NCBI GenBank assembly: GCA_965116885.1 | Contig: OZ220741.1 | Coordinates: forward strand, 4,192,001-4,256,000 | DNA length: 64,000 bases | Reading direction: 5' to 3' | Source: Candidatus Latescibacterota bacterium | Lineage (GTDB): Bacteria > Latescibacterota > UBA2968 | Part shown: in pieces, positions 19,591 to 26,678 of the stretch | Layout of the letters: each line of letters begins with the position of its first letter | Numbering within the stretch: position 1 is the stretch's first letter | Notes under the pieces: model-generated | Told to the model about the DNA's origin: nothing | The model's input: the letters and a program-made list of their open reading frames with translations, nothing else | Database searches by the model: none | Program-made: the position numbers and the translations under genes

Positions 19591-22452
19591 ATGAACCTCG
19601 CAGAAATGTTGATGCAAAAAATTGAGGGCGAAGTGCGTTTTGATAAGATGTCGCGCATTCTTTACAGCACAGATGCGAGCATGTATCAAATTGAACCTGT
19701 TGGCGTTGTTTTGCCCAAACACAAGCAGGATGTTTTGCATGTCATCAACCTCGCCAATGAACACGAGGCCCCGATCATTCCCCGAGGCGGTGGCACCGGG
19801 CTTGCCGGCGGTGTGGTGGGAAGCGGTATTGTGATGGATATGTCGAAATACATGAATCGCATTCTCGACTTCAATGCCGAAGAAGGTTGGGTCAGGGTCG
19901 AGCCTGGCGTGATACTCGATGAACTCAATGCCTTTCTCAAACCGCACGGATTGCAGTTTGCGCCCGATGTGGCGACCAGCAGCCGCGCGACAATCGGGGG
20001 TATGGTGGCCAATAATTCGGCGGGCGCGCATTCGGTTATTTACGGCAAGACCATAGATCACGTTTTAGAACTCGATTTGGTCTTGTCCAATGGCACGGAA
20101 ATAACGGTGGGGGAGTTAGACGAGCCTGCTGTGCAACAAAAATGCGAGCAACAAGACCTCGAAGGTCAGGCGTATCGGGAGGTAATTCGCATCGCTCGAG
20201 AGAATGCGGAAGAAATTGAGCGGCGATACCCCAAGATTTTGCGGCGGGTCGGCGGATACAATCTCGATGAATTTATCAAAAAGCAACCGTTCAATCTCGC
20301 GCGCATGGTCATTGGGTCTGAAGGGACTCTGGCGACCGTTGTCGGGGCAAAGCTCAGGGTAATTCCACTGCCCAAGGCAAAGGTGTTGGGCATTGTTCAA
20401 TTCAACGACCTGATTGCGTCTATGAAGGCCGTCGCACCAATCTTAGAAACAAATCCGGCCGCGGTAGAACTGATCGATAAGATGATTTTGGATCAGACCC
20501 AAGGGTCTATGGAACTGTCCAGGATGCGTTCGTGGGTGCAGGGGGATCCAGAGGCTGTGCTGGCTGTTGAATACTACGGAGATTCAGAGGGTGAACTGGT
20601 TTCTAAGCTGGACGAACTCGAGGTCGTTTTGGGCAATCAGAATCTCGAATATACTTTTTCGCGTGCTGTTTCCGATGTCGAGCAGGCCAATGTTTGGAAT
20701 GTGCGCAAGGCTGGGCTGGGTTTGCTCATGGGCGTAAAAGGCGATTCTAAGCCCATCGCTTTTGTGGAAGACGCCGCTGTACCGCCGGAAAGGCTGCCCG
20801 ATTATATTTCTGAGTTTGGAGCATTAGTGAAATCGCTCAACACGCGCGCGGGTTATTATGCACACGCCAGCGTGGGTTTGCTGCACGTTCGACCAATGGT
20901 CAATCTCAAAGATGCCGACGAGATCGCCAAAATGCGCTTTATAGCCGAATCCGTGCGAGATCTGGTGATGAAATACGGTGGTGCCGTAAGCGGAGAACAC
21001 GGGGATGGCCTGGTTCGGAGTTGTTGGAACGAAACATTCTTTGGCACGACACTTTACGAGGCTTTTCGGGAGGTCAAACGCGCTTTTGATCCCAAAGGGC
21101 TGATGAATCCCGGTAAAATTGTCGATGCGCCGATGATGACCGAAAATTTGCGTTATGGGGTAGAATATCGCGCGAGCGAGATAAATACCCACTTCGATTT
21201 TTCCGCCGATGGGGGACTTCACCGCGCCATTGAAATGTGCAATGGGGTGGGTGAGTGTCGCAAAAAGCTGGTGGGCACGATGTGTCCATCTTATATGGCA
21301 ACGCTGGAAGAAGAGCATTCGACGCGAGGGCGGGCAAACGCGCTTCGGGCGGCGATTTCGGGACGGTGGGAAGGCGGACTTACGGATCATCGCATCAACG
21401 ATGTGCTCGCGCTTTGTCTGGAATGTAAGGCATGCAAAGCCGAGTGCCCCTCCAATGTGGATATGGCGAAAATCAAGTATGAATTTAAGGCGCATTATTA
21501 CGCCAAACACGGGCGACCGTTGCGATCTATTTTATTTGGCAATGTGGAATTGATGGGCAAACTCGGATGCCTCGTCGCACCTCTTGCCAATCGTTTGTCC
21601 AGTATGGGTATTTCAAAGTGGATGATGAAGCGGCTTGGGATTGCGCCTGCGCGATCACTGCCGCCATTTGCGCGTCAAACATTTACACGCTGGTTCGCCG
21701 GTCGCAACGCGCCTCCAAAAAATAAACGCGTCGTGTTTTTTGCCGATACGTACATGACCTACAACTATCCCGAAATTGGCAAGGCAGCTACGGCCTTGTT
21801 TGAAGCAGCGGGCTATGAGGTGATTTTGGCTGTAAAGCGATGTTGTGGCCGTCCGATGCTTTCGAGTGGCTATATCGACCGCGTAAAAGAGAACGCCCTG
21901 TTTAATATTGAAAATCTCTATCAATATACCGAACAGGGGTATCCCATTGTGGGCTTTGAACCGTCGTGTGTTTCGATGTTCACGGATGAATACGGCGATT
22001 TAATTGACGATCCGCGCGTGCGTGCTGTAGCCGACAATATTTATACCTTTGAAGCATTTGTGCAGACGTTTTCCGAACGGGGCGAATTTTCCGTGCCATT
22101 TACCAATCTGAAAAAAGATATCTTACTCCACGGCCACTGCCACCAGAAGGCTCTGTGGGGGATAGGGCCGTCTGAGGTTGCGTTGGGAATGCCCGAGGGT
22201 TTTTCCGTGACGCCCATTCAGTCGGGTTGTTGCGGCATGGCGGGTTCTTTCGGCTATGAAGCCGAGCACTACGACGTGTCGCTCAAAGTGGGCGAGTCGC
22301 GGCTGCTTCAGGTGGTTCGCGACGCAGATGACACAACCGAGATTGCCGCAGCGGGGTTGTCGTGCAGGCAGCAGATTGCACACGCTACAGGTCGCACTGC
22401 CCGTCATCCCGCTGAGGTATTAGCAGACGCCCTGGATAAGGGCGATGGGTAA
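19591..22452 (+). CDS. FAD-binding and Fe-S/CCG-domain oxidoreductase (YdiJ-like)
   Basis: 'PRGGGT', 'GSEGTL', 'GEHGDG', 'CNGVGEC', 'CLECKACKAECP', CCG motifs. Confidence 0.9.
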   Translation: MNLAEMLMQKIEGEVRFDKMSRILYSTDASMYQIEPVGVVLPKHKQDVLHVINLANEHEAPIIPRGGGTGLAGGVVGSGIVMDMSKYMNRILDFNAEEGWVRVEPGVILDELNAFLKPHGLQFAPDVATSSRATIGGMVANNSAGAHSVIYGKTIDHVLELDLVLSNGTEITVGELDEPAVQQKCEQQDLEGQAYREVIRIARENAEEIERRYPKILRRVGGYNLDEFIKKQPFNLARMVIGSEGTLATVVGAKLRVIPLPKAKVLGIVQFNDLIASMKAVAPILETNPAAVELIDKMILDQTQGSMELSRMRSWVQGDPEAVLAVEYYGDSEGELVSKLDELEVVLGNQNLEYTFSRAVSDVEQANVWNVRKAGLGLLMGVKGDSKPIAFVEDAAVPPERLPDYISEFGALVKSLNTRAGYYAHASVGLLHVRPMVNLKDADEIAKMRFIAESVRDLVMKYGGAVSGEHGDGLVRSCWNETFFGTTLYEAFREVKRAFDPKGLMNPGKIVDAPMMTENLRYGVEYRASEINTHFDFSADGGLHRAIEMCNGVGECRKKLVGTMCPSYMATLEEEHSTRGRANALRAAISGRWEGGLTDHRINDVLALCLECKACKAECPSNVDMAKIKYEFKAHYYAKHGRPLRSILFGNVELMGKLGCLVAPLANRLSSMGISKWMMKRLGIAPARSLPPFARQTFTRWFAGRNAPPKNKRVVFFADTYMTYNYPEIGKAATALFEAAGYEVILAVKRCCGRPMLSSGYIDRVKENALFNIENLYQYTEQGYPIVGFEPSCVSMFTDEYGDLIDDPRVRAVADNIYTFEAFVQTFSERGEFSVPFTNLKKDILLHGHCHQKALWGIGPSEVALGMPEGFSVTPIQSGCCGMAGSFGYEAEHYDVSLKVGESRLLQVVRDADDTTEIAAAGLSCRQQIAHATGRTARHPAEVLADALDKGDG

Positions 22453-22729
22453 TATCAAGCGCATTCGCGTGATAATCAGCGGACGGGTTCAGGGCGTTGG
22501 GTTCCGCTATTTCACACAGCGAGAAGGCGAGCGCCACGGGCTGGTCGGATGGGTAAAAAATTTGTCCAATGGCGATGTTGAGGCCGAAGCAGAGGGAAAT
22601 GAAACGCAAGTTGATGCATTTGTAGAAGCGATAAGACGAGGACCTCTTGGATCTCGCGTCCTAAGTTTTCAGATCGTTGAAATACCTGCGAACCACAGGG
22701 ATGCTGCGTTTGATATAACGTTTTTTTAG
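22445..22729 (+). CDS. acyP: Acylphosphatase
   Basis: 'GRVQGVGFR' and 'GWVKN' motifs. Confidence 0.93.
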   Translation: MGNIKRIRVIISGRVQGVGFRYFTQREGERHGLVGWVKNLSNGDVEAEAEGNETQVDAFVEAIRRGPLGSRVLSFQIVEIPANHRDAAFDITFF

Positions 22730-22750
22730 TAAATTTTAGGGGAGAAAATA

Positions 22751-23263
22751 GTGGACTTAAAAGAATTTATTCGCGAGGTGCCGGACTTTCCCAAAGCGGG
22801 TATCTTGTTCAAAGATATTACGACTCTGATTGCCGATGCGGACGCGCTTCGCGAGACGATAGAACAACTCGCACAACCCTATCGCAACGGGGCTGTCGAT
22901 CTCGTTGTGGGAATTGAGTCGCGTGGTTTTATTTTTGGTACAGCACTCGCGCGAGAACTCGGTGTGGGCTTTGTGCCGATCCGCAAACCCGGCAAGCTAC
23001 CGGCAGACGCGATTTCTGCGGAATATGAATTGGAATATGGAACAGATAAGATTGAGATTCACACAGACGCAATCGCCGGGGGGCAGAGGGTCGCGCTCGT
23101 AGATGATCTGCTGGCAACTGGTGGCACAATGGCCGCGGCGTGTCAGCTCGTATCCGAACTCGAAGGAGAAATCGTCGGTATCTCTTTTGTTATTGAATTG
23201 GACTATTTAAACGGGCGTGAAAAACTTGGGAATTGGCCCATTCACACGCTGATTCACTATTAA
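22751..23263 (+). CDS. apt: Adenine phosphoribosyltransferase
   Basis: 'PDFPKAGILFKDIT', 'YELEYG', 'VDDLLATGGT'. Confidence 0.95.
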   Translation: MDLKEFIREVPDFPKAGILFKDITTLIADADALRETIEQLAQPYRNGAVDLVVGIESRGFIFGTALARELGVGFVPIRKPGKLPADAISAEYELEYGTDKIEIHTDAIAGGQRVALVDDLLATGGTMAAACQLVSELEGEIVGISFVIELDYLNGREKLGNWPIHTLIHY

Positions 23264-23271
23264 TATTATGT

Positions 23272-23344
23272 GCCCCTGTAGCTCAGAGGATAGAGTAGCG
23301 GATTCCTAATCCGTTGGTCGCAGGTTCGAGTCCTGCCAGGGGCA
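23272..23344 (+). tRNA. tRNA-Arg (anticodon CCT)
   Basis: Cloverleaf: acceptor GCCCCTG/CAGGGGC, D arm GCTC/GAGT, anticodon stem GCGGA/TCCGT with loop TTCCTAA, T arm GCAGG-TTCGAGT-CCTGC. CCA is not encoded. Confidence 0.95.
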
Positions 23345-23388
23345 CTTTTTTAAAAATAAATTCTATTAACGCAGCCGAGGAGTGAATT

Positions 23389-23580
23389 GTGAAACGCATT
23401 CTGACCATCTCCAAATTTGATCCAAACGAGAAAGCGTGCGATCATACGCGACACCTTACGGGTGACGAACGGGTTTCTCTCCTTGAGGGACTACGCCGAG
23501 AAATGTCTAAGGTAAGCCATCGTGAATATCCAAAAAGACTTCGAAGAGTTCTTACAATTGCTAAACGCAACGGGGGTTGA
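23389..23580 (+). CDS. Small hypothetical protein (63 aa), likely partner of the downstream nucleotidyltransferase
   Basis: GAGGAG RBS, GTG start, overlaps the nucleotidyltransferase remnant. Confidence 0.55.
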   Translation: MKRILTISKFDPNEKACDHTRHLTGDERVSLLEGLRREMSKVSHREYPKRLRRVLTIAKRNGG

Positions 23581-23711
23581 ATTTGTCATTGTTGGTGGAA
23601 ACTCCTGTCTTCTACATATCTCGATCAAACCTTCTTCACAACAAACGGGAATCCGCTCGCCCTAAGGATATCGCAGATGTGGACGAATTGGGCGGTAATA
23701 GAAACACTTAA
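23522..23711 (+). pseudogene. Nucleotidyltransferase (DUF6036-like), internally deleted
   Basis: N-terminus MNIQKDFEEFLQLLNATGVEFVIVGG is joined out of frame to C-terminus TPVFYISRSNLLHNKRESARPKDIADVDEL; the catalytic core is absent. Confidence 0.7.
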
Positions 23712-23727
23712 TCACTTTTCAAGCGGA

Positions 23728-23803
23728 GGCGTCGTAGCTCAGAGGATAGAGTAGCAGCTTCCTACTCCGTTGGTCGCAGGTTCGAGTCCTGCCAAGGGAA
23801 CCA
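23728..23803 (+). pseudogene. Degenerate second copy of tRNA-Arg(CCT)
   Basis: 64 of 73 positions identical to 23272-23344 by manual alignment. Acceptor and anticodon stems are broken; ends in encoded CCA. Confidence 0.85.
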
Positions 23804-23810
23804 TGTAAAT

Positions 23811-23851
23811 AAAAAGCCCGTCAACCGGTGATGATCGACGGGCTTTTGTTT
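23811..23851. terminator. Intrinsic terminator (possibly bidirectional)
   Basis: AAAAGCCCGTC / GACGGGCTTTT hairpin. Confidence 0.75.
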
Positions 23852-24061
23852 GTACTCAAATAGCTACAAACAATAACATTATGAATTTGGCAGAGGCGGT
23901 TAAGGTTTTAAACTCTAAAATAAAGATTTTGAAAACTTTAATTGTAAATCCAGATCAGCCAACGTCACGATGGATGGAGTTACCCTGTTTGAGTGTATAG
24001 GTGTAGAGGGTTCTACCCAGGCACTGACCGTTTGGACGGAGGATTCAAAATCCTCTAAATG

Positions 24062-24270
24062 TCATCTTTTGTCGTCTTTGAGTTTATCGGCCAGTGTCTC
24101 CAAAAGATCAGCAGAAGTTTCTCTAACACGACTGCTGTCTATCTTCTCAGAAATTCTGCGTAACACTTTGAGCGTGAGATATATAAGGCCCACCCCAATA
24201 GCGAACCATCCCAAGAACCAGAATAAAAAAAAACCAAGGCATCACTTCCTGCCATTGCGATAAGTGGCAT
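24062..24270 (-). pseudogene. Small single-TM protein, frameshifted in a T9 homopolymer
   Basis: AAGGAG RBS and ATG. With T10 the frame reads MPLIAMAGSDALVFFLFWFLGWFAIGVGLIYLTLKVLRRISEKIDSSRVRETSADLLETLADKLKDDKR. Confidence 0.55.
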
Positions 24271-24381
24271 CACTTGTCTCCTTGAAGCAAAGGTACTCAC
24301 CGAAACGGGTCAAGTCCAGTTCGAGTGATCGGCCTGCCTCGGGCACAACGCCAGTAATCTACATCTACTTATGGGGTAGGA

Positions 24382-25503
24382 TTAGGATGTAGCAATCAGA
24401 GCCTTTATGCCAGCGTTTTCCCGGAAGGACAAAGCCACGCTGTCAATATGCGGCTTATTCTTATAGTAGAACAGATCATCATGGGTGAGTCCTGTGATGT
24501 TCAGAGCCAAGTTCAACATATGGGGTTGAAGGTGTTTGTTTAGATATATTCCAATTCCGGCTCCAGCTGCCATACCGGCTATGCCACCGATCAGGTTGCC
24601 AACTCCCGGTACGGCTATGCCTGCGGCAGCCCCACCAAAACCACCGGCAGTTGACAAGACAGTTGAGACGCCAAAACGAGACATTAAAGTTAGGGTTTGC
24701 ACGACTTGCATCTTGTTTTTAGTGGTGCGATCAGCAGTGCTGAATTCCTTCTCAGTTTTGAGGACGTTGTGTATCAACTTAGCACCCATAAAAATTGCGC
24801 CCGCGTAAGGAACTATCTCTCCGATGCTGTCGGGCAGGTCAAAGCCCTGATTGGCACTGAGGGTTTCGAGACCATCATCTATCCCGTTCACCAGTTCATA
24901 GTCGTATCCTATATTGACCATTTGATCAATGAGTTCCGGACTACGTTCAGCGATTCTATCGTGGATTTCAGTGCTGACTAAGAAGTCTATATCAGGATTT
25001 TCCAGCATTCTTGACTGTACATCACTGGCGTAATCTGTGTTGCCGGTTTTGACTTGCCAAGCAATGGGGTCGCCGTTGGGAGCATTGCCGGTAATGTCAA
25101 ACACAGGTTGGTTAGGATTCGAGGCTATTTCCACGTTCAGGTAGCCGCGCTCCTCCAACATATCTTTAGCGTTGATTTCAGCCAATTTGCCTTTGAGTGG
25201 GTTTAAGAAGTTGTCGTAAGAATTCCCACCACGCTGCAGTATGTCTTGCCAGTGTTCGTGAAGAGATCCCTCGTAGTTCCCGAAGGCCATTTCGTGGGCT
25301 TGAGTCAGTTTATCATCCACGTTGATAGTATCAAAAATGTTCCACATTGCGAACGAGGTCGCCGCCGTTGCTTCTGCCGCATAAAGTCCTCGATCCCTGC
25401 TCAGCAGATCAGTGATTATATCCCGAAAGGATTTGCGCTGGCCAGATTCTGGACTGGGGAGTTTCTGTAGCTCCGGCAAAAGGTTTAGGGATTGCATAGC
25501 CAT
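24382..25503 (-). CDS. Hypothetical protein with a putative PD-(D/E)xK (QxK-type) nuclease domain and C-terminal glycine-zipper TM region
   Basis: 'KGKLAE...NQPVFDI...WQVK' then 'GGFGGAAAGIAVPGVGNLIGGIAGMAAGAGIG'; GGAGG RBS. Confidence 0.6.
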   Translation of the reverse strand: MAMQSLNLLPELQKLPSPESGQRKSFRDIITDLLSRDRGLYAAEATAATSFAMWNIFDTINVDDKLTQAHEMAFGNYEGSLHEHWQDILQRGGNSYDNFLNPLKGKLAEINAKDMLEERGYLNVEIASNPNQPVFDITGNAPNGDPIAWQVKTGNTDYASDVQSRMLENPDIDFLVSTEIHDRIAERSPELIDQMVNIGYDYELVNGIDDGLETLSANQGFDLPDSIGEIVPYAGAIFMGAKLIHNVLKTEKEFSTADRTTKNKMQVVQTLTLMSRFGVSTVLSTAGGFGGAAAGIAVPGVGNLIGGIAGMAAGAGIGIYLNKHLQPHMLNLALNITGLTHDDLFYYKNKPHIDSVALSFRENAGIKALIATS

Positions 25504-25515
25504 GATATTTGCCTC

Positions 25516-25995
25516 CTAAACGAGAACCGCGACGATTAGCGCGACTATGGAGATGATAGCACTGCCAGCAGCCACGACAGTAAGCCGGTTTCGGGTTTGA
25601 TGTGACTCCTGGCGCAGGGTCTCAAGTGCTTTGGCATGGGCTTCATTGAGTTGTTTTTGAGCAGTATCTAAAGCTGATTCATACTGTTGGGCCTGTTCAG
25701 ATAACGACTTTTGAGTGTTTTGTTCATGGGCTTCATTGAGTTGTTTTTGAGCAGTATCCAAAGCTGATTCATACTGTTGGGCCTGTTCAGATAACGACTT
25801 TTGGATGGTATCACTGAGTATTTGCTGCAAGTTGTCGTGCTCGGCTATGTGCTGGGTTAGCAGTTCGTGCTGACGAATGAATCGAGGAATTAGCTCTTGG
25901 TTGATTCGGTCCTGTTCCTCCCAGAAGCGCACCTTGTCCGCTATTTTGACAGTTTCATCACCGGTACCAGATTTGGTTTTTTGTAGATCATTCAT
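25516..25995 (-). CDS. Coiled-coil protein with C-terminal membrane anchor and internal tandem repeat
   Basis: AGGAG RBS, Q/E-rich heptads, hydrophobic C-terminus. Confidence 0.75.
   Translation of the reverse strand: MNDLQKTKSGTGDETVKIADKVRFWEEQDRINQELIPRFIRQHELLTQHIAEHDNLQQILSDTIQKSLSEQAQQYESALDTAQKQLNEAHEQNTQKSLSEQAQQYESALDTAQKQLNEAHAKALETLRQESHQTRNRLTVVAAGSAIISIVALIVAVLV
25635..25803. repeat. In-frame direct repeat, two 79-bp copies, 90-bp period
   Basis: 25635-25713 and 25725-25803 differ at one base; encodes QKSLSEQAQQYESALDTAQKQLNEAH twice. Confidence 0.92.
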
Positions 25996-26189
25996 GGTAT
26001 TTTCTCCTAAAAAATTTATGGTGGACCTGCCCTAGGCCTTACCTAATGTGACTTTATTCCAACAGCTATATTGTTGAGTTTTGTCAAGACAAAAGGACGA
26101 TATAAAATAAAAAACTTAAAATAATGATTGTCAATACTAATTTTATTATATTATTTATTATCAAATCTTTACGGTAATTCTCTATAATC

Positions 26190-26231
26190 ATAAGGGCGAT
26201 ATATAATGTAAGGGCTATATATCGCCCTTAT
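26190..26231. repeat. Perfect 16-bp inverted repeat (REP-like)
   Basis: ATAAGGGCGATATATA-N10-TATATATCGCCCTTAT. Confidence 0.8.
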
Positions 26232-26270
26232 TTCTGTAGAACTTTCTACAATGGAGTTATTCCGTTTTAG

Positions 26271-26376
26271 ATGCTGTTGCCGAATTGGTCAAGAGGGATC
26301 TGTGGTTGGAAAAACGGCTGTTTGTAGCCTGAATACAAGCTCTGTATGGACAGAATTCGGAATTCGGCAACAGCAT
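26271..26376. mobile_element. MITE (non-autonomous IS derivative), 106 bp
   Basis: 16-bp terminal inverted repeats ATGCTGTTGCCGAATT / AATTCGGCAACAGCAT, flanked by direct repeat CGTTTTAG (26263-26270, 26377-26384). Confidence 0.85.
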
Positions 26377-26589
26377 CGTTTTAGTGGAATATTTAGGGCT
26401 TGGGTTTCAAGCCTGTGATTGATGCTACTTGCCGTATAGAATCATTACGGCACATGCTTCGTAGGCCATCGGCTATGTTCGCCATTATCGCTCCACGCTA
26501 TTAAAAGAAACAATTTTAGCTCTTGCCTCGGCCTGTTCACGCCTTACCAGCACCCTCAGATGCCCAGTCTCGAAGTATATTAAAAATAA

Positions 26590-26618
26590 TAGACAGACAA
26601 GAAAAATGAGTGTAATTT
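26590..26618 (+). promoter_or_regulatory. Candidate sigma70 promoter of the R-M gene
   Basis: TAGACA-N17-TAATTT. Confidence 0.4.
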
Positions 26619-26678
26619 TCAGTGCCCAATAACCACCTCCTTCAACGGAACAGACTTTGCAATGGAAAAAGGAAAGAG

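Noticed and set aside
23970..24263. 97-aa plus-strand ORF
   Set aside because: No RBS and Ser-rich shadow composition; the opposite strand has a better RBS-led, frameshifted membrane gene.
24319..24346. GTTCGAGT...CCTGCC...GGGCAC resembling the tRNA 3' end (possible third att copy)
   Set aside because: Needs a 6-nt insertion plus mismatches; too weak to separate from chance.
25635..25803. CRISPR-like repeat
   Set aside because: Only two long copies, in frame within a gene, with no spacer series or cas genes. No CRISPR array was seen anywhere in the window.
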